Of a stretch of 64,000 nt of DNA, positions 47,141 through 56,622 are shown piece after piece (positions within the stretch are counted from its first letter, which is position 1; each line of letters opens with the position of its first letter). The position numbers were made by a program, and so were the translations under genes. This DNA comes from Acidimicrobiia bacterium (GTDB lineage Bacteria; Actinomycetota; Acidimicrobiia; Spongiisociales; JAENVV01), in contig JBFGJH010000004.1 in the NCBI GenBank assembly GCA_041577335.1, positions 22,549 to 86,548 on the forward strand, written 5' to 3'. Below the pieces are notes generated by a model. The model did not search any database. It was not told the origin of the DNA and saw nothing but the letters and a program-made list of their open reading frames with translations.

Positions 47141-48427
47141 TCAGGGTGACTCGTTGACCCGCTCCTCCGCCGGGGCTTGCTCGCTCTCGAGGGTCTTCTG
47201 AACACGACTGGCGATCAAGAACGACGTAACAACGGCAAAGCCTGCCGGTGCAGTCTCCACGGGCCCAAGTCCGACGGATAGCGCTGCGAGTGCCACGGCA
47301 GCAAACGGTGCTTCGAGTTTCGCTCCCGGGACTGCGACGAGCATCGCCGAGAGCGAGACACCCAACGGAAGGCCGGGGAACAGCTGATTGATGGCAAGGC
47401 CGGCCATCCCCCCTATGGCCAAGAGAGGCATGACCGGCCCACCGACAAAGCCCGTAGCCAAGCTGGTAGCCATCGTAAACACTTTGGCAACCACGGCCAC
47501 GATGAGAACGCCCCCACCGATGGCCACGGCGCCGCTCACCGCATCCGTGAGCTGGTCTTTCCCGGAGAACATCGCCAGCGGAGAGATAGCGCCGACGATT
47601 CCTATGAGCGCTCCGCCAATCGTCGCCTTTGCCACTGGATGGAGCGAAGCAGTAAGCCGGGTCATGATCCGAAGGGTCACTCCGACCATGATGGCCAGGG
47701 CCGCGCCGATAACGCCGAGACCGATCGCGGCCAGGAAATGCCACGCCTTCACCTCGTATGGCGGGGCGTCGAACACATTGAGAAACGGCTGGCCGACCGT
47801 GAAATAGAACACGAAGAACCCGGTCGTTGCCGAAACGAGGCTGGGCACCAACAACCGGTAGTAGCGATCGCCACTCGGCTTCAGGATCTCGAGAATCAGC
47901 AGTGGTGCGATGAGCGGTGATGCCATGAGAGCACCAATGCCACCGCTGGTTCCGCTCACGGCATTCAAGGCACGCTCCTCTTCGGGAAGCTTGCGCCACT
48001 TCGAGAACCACTCACCAATAGCCCCACCCGACCGAGCTCCGGCGTCGAACGGACCGAGACTCGAACCGCTGATCAACGAAACCGCCGAAACGAGCACGAG
48101 ATGTGGCGCGGTCCGGTAGTCGATACGTGAGCTCCGGACGGCGTCGAACGTTCCCGCCGGATCCTTTGGTACCGCCGGCCACGCACGCAGCAATCCGACA
48201 ATCAGACCTCCAAGTGTCGTCACGAAAATCCACCATGGTTCCCCGCTGCCCAAGGCATAATCAACATCCCCTGAAAACCAGAGGTCGGTTCCCCACCCAA
48301 CCACGGCCACGAAGATCAACGCCGCCAACCCGGCAGCGACACCGATGATCGCGGCGTGCCCGGTCAATCTGAGGAACCGGGGTGGAGGAGACTCGGGAAT
48401 CGTGGTCGACCGGTCGCCATCAGTCAT
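47141..48427 (-). CDS. ClC family voltage-gated chloride channel / H+/Cl- antiporter
   Basis: Selectivity-filter-like motifs GSSLGPF (GKEGP equivalent) and GFVGGPVMP (GxFxP). About 10-12 TM helices. ATG at 48427. Confidence 0.75.
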   Translation of the reverse strand: MTDGDRSTTIPESPPPRFLRLTGHAAIIGVAAGLAALIFVAVVGWGTDLWFSGDVDYALGSGEPWWIFVTTLGGLIVGLLRAWPAVPKDPAGTFDAVRSSRIDYRTAPHLVLVSAVSLISGSSLGPFDAGARSGGAIGEWFSKWRKLPEEERALNAVSGTSGGIGALMASPLIAPLLILEILKPSGDRYYRLLVPSLVSATTGFFVFYFTVGQPFLNVFDAPPYEVKAWHFLAAIGLGVIGAALAIMVGVTLRIMTRLTASLHPVAKATIGGALIGIVGAISPLAMFSGKDQLTDAVSGAVAIGGGVLIVAVVAKVFTMATSLATGFVGGPVMPLLAIGGMAGLAINQLFPGLPLGVSLSAMLVAVPGAKLEAPFAAVALAALSVGLGPVETAPAGFAVVTSFLIASRVQKTLESEQAPAEERVNESP

Positions 48428-48598
48428 TCGAAGGACAGCTCCCCTGCGGGTTCGGTTCTCTGAACAATTGGGTCTCGGTTCGTATGCGCCGATCTTCAAG
48501 ATAGGCGCGCCGATACCACGGTCCATGGACCGCTGACCTCTTGCGGAAGGACCGGCGCTGAGGCACCCACGGCTTGGCTACGCCGATAGGCTTCGGGC

Positions 48599-49339
48599 AT
48601 GTCAGTTCGCGTCGAAACCTCCGGTCCCGTCACCACCGTCGTTCTCTCGCGCCCCGAGGTCCGGAACGCCGTCAATGCTGCGACGGCCGCGAGGCTGCGA
48701 GATGCTTTCGACGATTTTGTGGCCGACGAGAATCAGCTCGTCGCCGTGCTGTGGGGTGAGGGAGGAACCTTCTGCTCCGGCTACGACCTCAGAGAGGCGA
48801 TGGATGGACGACTCCGCTACGACCCGACCGGCCACGGCCCGATGGGCCCCACCCGCCGGATCATCGACAAACCCGTGATAGCGGCCGTCGAGGGATATGC
48901 CGTTGCCGGTGGTTTGGAGTTGGCACTTTGGTGCGACATGCGGGTGATTGCCGACGATGCGTCGTTCGGGGTGTTCTGTCGACGATGGGGGGTACCGCTG
49001 GTCGACGGAGGCACGGTGCGGCTCCCCAGGCTGATCGGTCAGGGTCGCGCGCTCGACATGATCCTGACGGGCCGAGAGGTACCTGCCGCAGAAGCGTTGA
49101 GCTGGGGCCTAGCCGATCGAGTGGTCCCATCGGGCACAACCCGGGAGGCAGCCGAGGCTCTTGCGGCCGAGATTGCCCAGTTTCCTCAGCTCTGCATGAG
49201 GGCAGATCGATATTCGTCGCTGAAGCAGTGGGGCAAGGACATCACGGGCTCGCTCGCCGCGGAGGCGGCCGGAGGCGTCGCTCCGTTGGAAACGATTCGT
49301 GATCAGATCGCACCCTTTTTTGAGGAGAAGAGCCGATGA
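48599..49339 (+). CDS. Enoyl-CoA hydratase/isomerase (crotonase) family protein
   Basis: VVLSRPEVRNAVNAATAARLRDAF...GEGGTFCSGYDLRE and IAAVEGYAVAGGLELALWCDMRV. Confidence 0.85.
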   Translation: MSVRVETSGPVTTVVLSRPEVRNAVNAATAARLRDAFDDFVADENQLVAVLWGEGGTFCSGYDLREAMDGRLRYDPTGHGPMGPTRRIIDKPVIAAVEGYAVAGGLELALWCDMRVIADDASFGVFCRRWGVPLVDGGTVRLPRLIGQGRALDMILTGREVPAAEALSWGLADRVVPSGTTREAAEALAAEIAQFPQLCMRADRYSSLKQWGKDITGSLAAEAAGGVAPLETIRDQIAPFFEEKSR

Positions 49340-49992
49340 TGGAGTTGACCCGGCACGGCTCTGTGTTTGTGCTCGCCATGAACTCCGACGACAACCGATT
49401 CAACGTTGAATCGATGAAGGCAATCCACGCAGGACTCGACGAAGTCGAGGCGGCGGCTGTCCCGTCTGCCCTGGTTGTCACCGGTGTCGGCAAGTTCTTC
49501 TCGAATGGTCTCGATCTTGCCGCGGTGGAGACCGGCGAATCCGACCTCATGACGCTGGCGAGAGGGTCGCAGGAGCTGATGGCCAGGACGCTGGTGTTTC
49601 CACGGCCCACCGTTGCCGCCATAAACGGTCATTGCTTCGCGGCAGGTGCCATGTGGTCGTTGTCGTTCGATCACCGCATCATGCGTGTGGACCAAGGCTT
49701 CTGGTCGTTGCCCGAAGTCGACCTCGGCATCCCGTTCACCAAAGGCATGAACGATCTCATCATGGCCCGCCTCACACCGCAAGCAGCGACGGTCGCGATG
49801 ACGACCGGCAACCGATACGGCGGAGACGCCGCAGCCATGGCGGGAATCGTTGACCGGGCCGTGGCTCAGGAGGCGGTGGTTCCGGACGCCATCGAGCTGG
49901 CCGAGGCGCTCTCGGCGAAATCATCCGAAGCGCTGGGGACCATCAAGAGGATGATGCATCAGGGCGTGGTGGAAAGCTTGCGATCGGGATGA
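49336..49992 (+). CDS. Enoyl-CoA hydratase/isomerase (crotonase) family protein, second paralog
   Basis: ATGA overlap with the previous gene. VVTGVGKFFSNGLDL, AAINGHCFAAGAMWSLSFDHRIM. Confidence 0.8.
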   Translation: MMELTRHGSVFVLAMNSDDNRFNVESMKAIHAGLDEVEAAAVPSALVVTGVGKFFSNGLDLAAVETGESDLMTLARGSQELMARTLVFPRPTVAAINGHCFAAGAMWSLSFDHRIMRVDQGFWSLPEVDLGIPFTKGMNDLIMARLTPQAATVAMTTGNRYGGDAAAMAGIVDRAVAQEAVVPDAIELAEALSAKSSEALGTIKRMMHQGVVESLRSG

Positions 49993-50831
49993 TCTTCCTC
50001 GAAGTCGATCGGCTTCCGCCGGATCATGACAACGGCCCACGCCACGAAGGCAGCCGCTACGAGGCCGACCAGCAACGGCCGATCACCGATGAAGCCGGTC
50101 ACCGATGCCGAGGCTTCATCCACCCATCGGACGATACTTGAGCTCCCGAGGCTGGCGGCTCCGGAACTGAGCACGGTCAGCCAGTACCAAACAATGAAGA
50201 CGCCGGCGCCGATCAAGACGAAACCCGAGATCTTGGTGACGTATCGCGAAAGCCATCGCATTTTGGTGATGATCGAGTCCCGCCCAAGCGCAATGGCCAC
50301 GGTGACGGCCATGAGAACGACGGACATGCCCAGCCCGTACGCCAGAAAGGCGGCCAGGCCGGCTCCGAAGGATGCCTGAGTAAACGTGCCGGCTACCAGC
50401 GCCAAAAAGATCGGAAGTGTGCAAGATAAGGACGCCAGCGCATACGAGACGCCGAAGACGATGATCGAGCGAGCGGACGACGTCTTCTGCACGGTCCCCG
50501 AGCCAAGACGAACGTTGAGGTAGCCGCCACGAAGCGTGTAGATACCCAAACCAACCAGGAAGACGCCGACGACGACCGCCACCCAAGGGATGTACACGGC
50601 CGCCGAACGGACGCCGGCAGCCAGGATGGCTCCGGCTATGCCGAACACGGCGATGAATCCCAACGACACCAAGCCGCCCACCCGTAGAGCCGACCGTAAC
50701 GCCCCAGGTCGGCCCTGGGACTCGTCGGAGCCCATGAAGTAGCCGAGGTACGCAGGCAACATCGCAAAGCCGCATGGGTTCACCGTGCTCACCAAACCCG
50801 CCGAGAACGCCGAAGCGAGCAGCGGGATCAT
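49959..50831 (-). CDS. ccdA: Cytochrome c-type biogenesis protein CcdA (DsbD-like thiol-disulfide transporter)
   Basis: STVNPCGFAMLPAYLGYF (NPC motif). Six TM helices. ATGA overlap with the upstream TlpA gene. Confidence 0.8.
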   Translation of the reverse strand: MIPLLASAFSAGLVSTVNPCGFAMLPAYLGYFMGSDESQGRPGALRSALRVGGLVSLGFIAVFGIAGAILAAGVRSAAVYIPWVAVVVGVFLVGLGIYTLRGGYLNVRLGSGTVQKTSSARSIIVFGVSYALASLSCTLPIFLALVAGTFTQASFGAGLAAFLAYGLGMSVVLMAVTVAIALGRDSIITKMRWLSRYVTKISGFVLIGAGVFIVWYWLTVLSSGAASLGSSSIVRWVDEASASVTGFIGDRPLLVGLVAAAFVAWAVVMIRRKPIDFEEDHPDRKLSTTP

Positions 50832-51352
50832 GCGCCGAGCAGGAGCGTTTCGACTCGCTCTGCCAGGTCGGCGGCGAAGAGCGCTCCTGCATGCGTGTCC
50901 ACGATGCGGCCCTGGGCATCGATGAAGACTGTGGTTGGCATCGCCAAGCCGCCGAACTGGGAGTAGACCGCGCCAATGGGATCATCCACGAGCTGGTACG
51001 AAACACCCGTTTCCTCCACGAGTTGCAGAGCGGCGTCTCGCGAGATGTCCTGCATGTCGACGCCGATGAATGTCACGTCGTCTCCCAATGCCTGGTGTAC
51101 CTGCTCGAAGTCGGGCATCTCGGCGGCGCAGGCTGGGCACCACGACGCCCAGAAGTTGAGTACGACCGGCTTTCCCTCGAAGTCAGAAAGGGCGACCGTC
51201 TCGCCCTCAAACGTCTCGAACTCGACGCTCGGTGTTGCGATGAGGCCCTGAGCGCCCTCGCCGTCAGATGAGGCTGACAACGTAACGAATATGGCAGAAG
51301 CGATCGCGCCGACGAGAACGATCGCAAAGATTCTGTTCGTGAAGAGGCTCAT
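50828..51352 (-). CDS. TlpA/ResA family thiol-disulfide oxidoreductase (thioredoxin-like, secreted/anchored)
   Basis: VVLNFWASWCPACAAEMPDF (WCPAC). Confidence 0.85.
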   Translation of the reverse strand: MSLFTNRIFAIVLVGAIASAIFVTLSASSDGEGAQGLIATPSVEFETFEGETVALSDFEGKPVVLNFWASWCPACAAEMPDFEQVHQALGDDVTFIGVDMQDISRDAALQLVEETGVSYQLVDDPIGAVYSQFGGLAMPTTVFIDAQGRIVDTHAGALFAADLAERVETLLLGA

Positions 51353-51409
51353 ATCAGACCCAACCGATCATCTCGATGTTCGTTGCCCACAATGTCAGGT
51401 CGCCGACGT

Positions 51410-51793
51410 TCACGCTGTCTCGGTTTGGGCGACTGGCCGCGAGCCGACGAGCAGGAGGCCGATGACCGCCCCGATCGCCGCGCCGACCGCGCCCTCGAGT
51501 GCGGCGCCGCCGAAAGGCAGAAGTGACGGACCCAACAGCCCTCCGGCAGCAGCAAGCACTCCGGTGGCTGCCAGCGCTATTCCCGCGCTAGCAATCGTGA
51601 GAATGACGAACGAGGCCCGATCGAGTCCCACCGAGTCGTCGAAACGAGCGAAGAATCCAGGTACCGCCGCGACCAGCAGCGGGGCCAGGTGATAGGTCAC
51701 GGTCGACCGCACGATGGCGAGCACCGCCCATAACACTGCGAGGCCGAGCGCGAACCCAAGGACTTTGACGATGGACCGGCCTCGTTCACTCAT
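51410..51793 (-). CDS. Hypothetical small membrane protein
   Basis: ATG at 51793 (ORF extends to a GTG at 51850). Hydrophobic Ala/Gly/Leu-rich helices. Confidence 0.4.
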   Translation of the reverse strand: MSERGRSIVKVLGFALGLAVLWAVLAIVRSTVTYHLAPLLVAAVPGFFARFDDSVGLDRASFVILTIASAGIALAATGVLAAAGGLLGPSLLPFGGAALEGAVGAAIGAVIGLLLVGSRPVAQTETA

Positions 51794-51861
51794 AGCATCG
51801 ACAACGTGCGGGGCATGCGTTTCGGCCGTCGAGTGTCGCTCGTCGGACACTGTTCGCTCGC

Positions 51862-52212
51862 TCAGGGAGAGCCGGCTTGATCCTGAAGGTCTTCGAGCAG
51901 CTGCTGCGCCTTCTCGGAGGTAGCGGTGATCGTGTCGAGGTTGTCTTCGATCAGCGAGCGCATGTCATCTGGAGAGCACCCGAGGTCCTCGGCACGATTG
52001 ATGGCCCCTTGCAGATCAATGTCAGGAAGTTCTACGTCGACCTGATCCGTGATGGTGGTGAGCTGAATCTCTATCTGGCGGGTGAGCTGCTCGGCGAAGT
52101 TTTCGCAGGTTGCCGCGATGATGCCATCCATGTCGACCGAGACGTTGTCTGAGATCGTGCTGCAGCCGACCAGCAGGAAACCTGTCGATAGAAGAGCAAT
52201 AATTCGTCGCAT
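51862..52212 (-). CDS. Hypothetical lipoprotein
   Basis: MRRIIALLSTGFLLVGCSTI is a lipobox LVGC. Acidic helical mature region. Confidence 0.55.
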   Translation of the reverse strand: MRRIIALLSTGFLLVGCSTISDNVSVDMDGIIAATCENFAEQLTRQIEIQLTTITDQVDVELPDIDLQGAINRAEDLGCSPDDMRSLIEDNLDTITATSEKAQQLLEDLQDQAGSP

Positions 52213-52214
52213 CC

Positions 52215-52910
52215 CTACAGCCTATCGGCGACCAGCGTCCTTCCGGCGATCGATTCGAGAACACGACGATCGGTGACGCGGATCAAGCGATAGCCCGTCG
52301 TAATCCCGCCTCGGTCGCGGAGCTCGCCAAGTGCCTCATTGACGGTCTGGCGGCTCGCTCCGAGAAGACCTGCAACGCTCGACTGCGAGAGGTGCACTTC
52401 CCCACGGGCGTCTGCCTCGTCGAGCATCAACTCGGCGACTTGCTCTTTGACGGTTCGATGCATGAGCCCGAGCACCCGGCGCTGGGTCGATTCCAGCTGG
52501 GAAAGGCCCGCCACCAACCACCGCAGCGTGATCACGGGCCGCTGTACGAGCACGGGGAGAAGCTTGTCGCGTTCGAACTCGAACGCCGTCACCCGGTCAA
52601 TTGCCCGGGCCGATGACATATACGGCTCAGCCCGGAACATCGCGATATCGCCGAGAACGTTGCCCTCGCCGGCCCGGCCAACCACGCGCCGCCCATTCTT
52701 CGGACCTCGGTAGAGCTCTACCTGTCCGCTCACGATCAGATAGGCGTGCGTCGATGGGGATCCCTCTTTGAAGAGGTGTGTTCCCGGGTACTTCTCGACG
52801 ATCGAACCGGTTCGACTAAGAGCGTCGAGGTCGGATGGCCTGAGCGGGAGATAGTCGGTGCGCCCGAACGTCTTGGCGAGCCAGGCGAAGTGTTTCTGAT
52901 CTTGGTCCAT
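52215..52910 (-). CDS. Crp/Fnr family transcriptional regulator
   Basis: cNMP-binding fold (GTHLFKEGSPSTHAYLIVSGQVELY) and C-terminal HTH (VHLSQSSVAGLLGASRQTVNEALGELRDRGGI). ATG at 52910; the upstream extension to 53699 is rejected. Confidence 0.8.
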   Translation of the reverse strand: MDQDQKHFAWLAKTFGRTDYLPLRPSDLDALSRTGSIVEKYPGTHLFKEGSPSTHAYLIVSGQVELYRGPKNGRRVVGRAGEGNVLGDIAMFRAEPYMSSARAIDRVTAFEFERDKLLPVLVQRPVITLRWLVAGLSQLESTQRRVLGLMHRTVKEQVAELMLDEADARGEVHLSQSSVAGLLGASRQTVNEALGELRDRGGITTGYRLIRVTDRRVLESIAGRTLVADRL

Positions 52911-53272
52911 CAAATTGCCTTCCTGCCGACAATCAACACAGCGGACCGGGATTGTGTTCCCTGCCTCAGCGCCTGACCCGCCCGAGAGGGAACGACGGCG
53001 GTCAGCGCATTGGGCGGTTTCCGCTCGCGCGCCGGCTGACCGGCCCACTGCCCAGCATCGACGCCAGCGATCGCTGGATCGCGCTGGCGACGCTCGCTTG
53101 CGGGTGGAACGCTGTCGTGGCGAGTTCGAGCTGTGAACAGGGAGCCTGCGACTGGTTGTGACAGTCACGGTTGCCATTCCTGACCGCCCAGAGGGGTCGT
53201 CCTCGGGCCGAAGGCCTCTGGGCGGAGACCGCGAAGCGGGAGATGCTGGGCGATGGTCAATGACCGGAGTGG
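52911..53272. promoter_or_regulatory. Divergent intergenic region between the Crp/Fnr regulator and the alpha/beta-hydrolase gene, containing palindromes (AACACA-N14-TGTGTT at 52935..52959; GTGACAGTCAC at 53158..53168)
   Basis: Inverted repeats seen directly. A TGTGA half-site is also present at 53132. Spacing does not match canonical CRP (TGTGA-N6-TCACA) or FNR (TTGAT-N4-ATCAA) sites. Confidence 0.3.
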
Positions 53273-54322
53273 GTGATGCGGGCGCATTGGTCCGAAAAAG
53301 TAGTGGCTTCGCTCGATGAACGAGCGACCGTGATCCAAACCCGCCATGGCGAGGTGCAACTGGCGAGGATCGGCGCGGGCCCGCCCGTGCTCGTGTCTCA
53401 CGGCGGACCGGGAGGGTTCGACCTCGGGCTGGCATGGAGCCAACACCTCCGCCTCGGTGGATGCGAAGTGCTTGCCGTGTCTCGCCCCGGGTACCTTCGG
53501 ACGCCTCTTGCCTCCGGCCGAAGCCCGGCGAGCCAGGCCGACCTCTTTGCGGCTCTTCTCGAAGAGCTTCACATCGAACGGGCAGCCGTATTCGGGTTCT
53601 CATCGGGTGGACCGGCTGCGATTCACTTCGCCGCTCGCTACCCCGATCGCGCGACCGCCCTGTTCCTCGATACGGCGATTCTGGCGCCGTTTGAGCCACC
53701 GATAGGTGCGCTCAGGCGAGCCACCTACGAATCCAGCTTCGCGGTGTGGCTTGCCTATCAGGTGGCGACGCGGAATCCGTCCTTGGCGACGAGACTGATG
53801 GTTGATGGCGTGTCGCAAGGCCTCGACAAGGAGCAGCTAGGCCTAGCGGTCGACTGGATCACTTCCGACCCAGCCCGGATCCAGAGCGTGCAACAACAAT
53901 GGACCTCCATTGCCCCGCAGAGGTACCGCCAGCCAGGATGGACCAACGACAAGGCCAACGAGCGCAGCCTCGAACCACTGCCCTTCGCCGATGTCGCGGC
54001 ACCGACAGTGATCGCCTTTGGCACCAACGACGCCATCGTCCCCGAGGAACACGGGGTCAACGCCGCCAACAAGATCGCAGGTGCTGAGCTGATGTTCGTC
54101 GAAGGAGGCCACCACCTGTTGTCTGTAAGCCGCAATTATGGCCCCGTTGCGCAGCGTCAGCTGGAGCTCCTTCGGGGCGAGCGACGAGCCATAACATCGT
54201 CCTGGCGCACTCCGGCACCATCTCCGGCTGCGCACCCACCACCTACGGGCCCGCAGACCACGTCACCGGAGCCCAGTTGGCCGCCTTCCTCCATCTTGCC
54301 GTCGACTGAGTCTGAAGAGTGA
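53273..54322 (+). CDS. Alpha/beta hydrolase fold protein
   Basis: VLVSHGGPGGF (oxyanion HGG) and FGFSSGGPAA (GxSxG nucleophile elbow). C-terminal Pro/Ser-rich tail. Confidence 0.75.
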   Translation: MMRAHWSEKVVASLDERATVIQTRHGEVQLARIGAGPPVLVSHGGPGGFDLGLAWSQHLRLGGCEVLAVSRPGYLRTPLASGRSPASQADLFAALLEELHIERAAVFGFSSGGPAAIHFAARYPDRATALFLDTAILAPFEPPIGALRRATYESSFAVWLAYQVATRNPSLATRLMVDGVSQGLDKEQLGLAVDWITSDPARIQSVQQQWTSIAPQRYRQPGWTNDKANERSLEPLPFADVAAPTVIAFGTNDAIVPEEHGVNAANKIAGAELMFVEGGHHLLSVSRNYGPVAQRQLELLRGERRAITSSWRTPAPSPAAHPPPTGPQTTSPEPSWPPSSILPSTESEE

Positions 54323-54348
54323 GCGAGATCGCCTTGGCGTGAGATCGG

Positions 54349-55569
54349 ATGGTGAGCGAACCTGACGTTGACGGTATGTACACGCGGTGCGGGTTCGATA
54401 ATGTCGCCAGTCGGACAATCCAGCTGGAATTCAAAGGTTCGGATGGTTGCCAACAGGCAGTGCGGGTTCTGCCTTCAACGATCGAGACTCGGCGCCGGGC
54501 GTTGGCCTGGACATTGCCACTCGCTGTCACGATGGCTTGGGCAGGGTGGGTGCTGACGCACAGCCACTGGGACCGCGTCGTCGGACATTGGGAAGCCGCA
54601 ATCACCATGGTGTTCGGCTCCTTCGTCGCCGGGGCTACCCCGCAGGGCGGCGGTGCGGTTGCATTCCCTGTCTTCACCAAAGTGCTCAACGTCTCAGCCC
54701 CACTGGCTCGGACATTCTCACTCAGCATCCAAGCAATCGGAATGGGGATCGCGTCGCTCATCATCCTGTTGACACGCCGGCCGATCTCGGGCCGGGCGGT
54801 CTTGGTGGGCGGCAGCGCCGGTGCAGCTGGATTCCTGTTCGGGTTGTATGTCCTTTCCGACCCGGCCACCACCTATTGGTCGTCGTACATGCCCGGCCCC
54901 TACGTAAAGGTCACGTTCACGTTGGTACTCGCCGCGATGTCGTGGATCGTGATGAAGTCGATACGCGACAAGGATCGCGGCACTATGAGCTTGCCCAAGA
55001 ACCGTCGAGTGATGGTGGGCATGGTCGTCGCCGGGTTCGTGGGTGGTGTCGCCTCGGCACTCACCGGCTCAGGCGTCGATGTAGCGGTGTTCCTCTTCGT
55101 GGTGGTGCTGTGCGGCCTTCATCCTCGGGTTGCCGTGCCCACCTCAATCCTGGCAATGGCGTTCGTTTCCACGATCGGGTTCGTGATACTCGGCATCATC
55201 GGAGGCCAGCTCTCCGTGTACCTCGACGCAGCCGGAGCCGTAACAGGCATGGGAACCTCGGACATGGCGGCACTGCCTCCTGGCCAATTCGATCTCTACG
55301 GTTTGTGGCTAGCTGCAGTGCCCATCGTGGTGTGGGGGGCGCCCCTCGGGACCTGGGTGGCACACGTGCTCCACGAGACCGGCCTCATCGTGATGGTCGC
55401 AATCATGGCCGCGGCCGAGGTTCTCTCTACCGCACTGTTTCTCGATGAGCTTCGGACCGACACCGCCCTCCTCACGTTTGCGGTTGGCGGCCTGGTTGTC
55501 GCGATTGCCCTCGTCTCTTGGCTGGGCGACAAGCGCAGCTTCTTCGTGACGCCGGCCTATTCCCACTAA
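54349..55569 (+). CDS. TauE/SafE (DUF81) family sulfite/anion exporter-like membrane protein (start uncertain)
   Basis: Two internal repeats with VFGSFVAGATPQGGGAVAFPVF and VVAGFVGGVASALTGSGVDVAVFLF. About 8-10 TM helices. Confidence 0.65.
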   Translation: MVSEPDVDGMYTRCGFDNVASRTIQLEFKGSDGCQQAVRVLPSTIETRRRALAWTLPLAVTMAWAGWVLTHSHWDRVVGHWEAAITMVFGSFVAGATPQGGGAVAFPVFTKVLNVSAPLARTFSLSIQAIGMGIASLIILLTRRPISGRAVLVGGSAGAAGFLFGLYVLSDPATTYWSSYMPGPYVKVTFTLVLAAMSWIVMKSIRDKDRGTMSLPKNRRVMVGMVVAGFVGGVASALTGSGVDVAVFLFVVVLCGLHPRVAVPTSILAMAFVSTIGFVILGIIGGQLSVYLDAAGAVTGMGTSDMAALPPGQFDLYGLWLAAVPIVVWGAPLGTWVAHVLHETGLIVMVAIMAAAEVLSTALFLDELRTDTALLTFAVGGLVVAIALVSWLGDKRSFFVTPAYSH

Positions 55570-55581
55570 TACAGTTCGGGC

Positions 55582-56067
55582 ATGGAACCCATTGAGCAAA
55601 GGGTCATCGACGCACTCGACGCCCTTGACGCTGACTACACCGTCATGCCGTGCGATCCGGAGCTGGCAGACACCGCAGCGTTTTGTGAGCACTACAGCGT
55701 GGCGTTGGAGGATTCTGCCAACGCCATTCTCGTGGCCTCGAAGAAACCGGCCGGCCAGCTCGCATTGTGCCTCGTTCTGGCTACCCAGCGCCTCGACGTG
55801 AACCGGCGCGTACGCGACGCCATGGCGGTCAAAAAGCTGAGTTTCGCATCGCCCGAGATGACGGCTGAGGCGACCGGCATGGTCATCGGCGGTGTTACAC
55901 CGTTCGGTCTCGACGGCATCACGACATTGGTGGATCGGGCCGTTGTTGCTCGGCAGCGGGTGATCATCGGAGGTGGCAGCCGGTCGATGAAGATCGAACT
56001 CGATCCTGAGGTCTTCGGTCGTGCCCCCGGGATCGAAGTCACCGACATCGCGCAGCCCCCAGCGTGA
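55582..56067 (+). CDS. YbaK/EbsC-type aminoacyl-tRNA deacylase (Cys-tRNA(Pro) editing domain protein)
   Basis: AILVASKKPAGQLALCLVLATQRLDVNRRVRDAMAVKKLSFASPEMTAEATGMVIGGVTPFG is the YbaK fold signature. Confidence 0.8.
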   Translation: MEPIEQRVIDALDALDADYTVMPCDPELADTAAFCEHYSVALEDSANAILVASKKPAGQLALCLVLATQRLDVNRRVRDAMAVKKLSFASPEMTAEATGMVIGGVTPFGLDGITTLVDRAVVARQRVIIGGGSRSMKIELDPEVFGRAPGIEVTDIAQPPA

Positions 56068-56109
56068 GCATCTTCTGACCAAGCCCCGACCGGGACTACC
56101 ATCGCTCCG

Positions 56110-56622
56110 ATGCCTGCCCTGACAGGACCATTCACAGTCTCGATCTTGCTGCTCTTGCTCGCCGGCGCGTTCAAGATCTGGCAGCCGACTGCTACGTCCA
56201 ATGCGATGTCTGCGACAGGGCTTCCTGGCAACGACGGCTTCACCCGTCTCCTCGGAGCGGCAGAGATCGCCATCGGATTGGCTGCGCTGCTGGTCGGCGG
56301 CTTGATGCCGGCGCTTCTCATGGGCGGGGCGTACGTCGGGTTCACCGCGTTCGTGGCGGTCGCCCTCCGGCGAGAATTGGCGATCCAGTCGTGCGGGTGT
56401 TTCGGAAAGGCTGACACTCCACCATCGTGGGCACACGTTGCCGTGAACGCGAGTGCCGCCGCGGTAGCACTCATCTTCGGACTCACTGCCACCGAGCCGG
56501 TCGGCGTCTATCTCACCCAAGCCGATGCCGGCACACTGGTGCTCGCCATCCTCGTAGCCACCTACCTCGTCTACGTGCTTCTCGCCGTGTTGCCTGCCGC
56601 CCCGACCGCGAGGCGCGCATGA
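56110..56622 (+). CDS. MauE-like (methylamine utilisation protein MauE / DoxX-related) membrane protein
   Basis: Four TM helices and the diagnostic CGCFG motif (ELAIQSCGCFGKAD). Confidence 0.7.
   Translation: MPALTGPFTVSILLLLLAGAFKIWQPTATSNAMSATGLPGNDGFTRLLGAAEIAIGLAALLVGGLMPALLMGGAYVGFTAFVAVALRRELAIQSCGCFGKADTPPSWAHVAVNASAAAVALIFGLTATEPVGVYLTQADAGTLVLAILVATYLVYVLLAVLPAAPTARRA

Noticed and set aside
52911-53272. Canonical CRP (TGTGA-N6-TCACA) or FNR (TTGAT-N4-ATCAA) box in the Crp/Fnr divergent promoter
   Set aside because: Only half-site-like elements and palindromes with non-canonical spacing were found, so they are reported merely as candidate operators.
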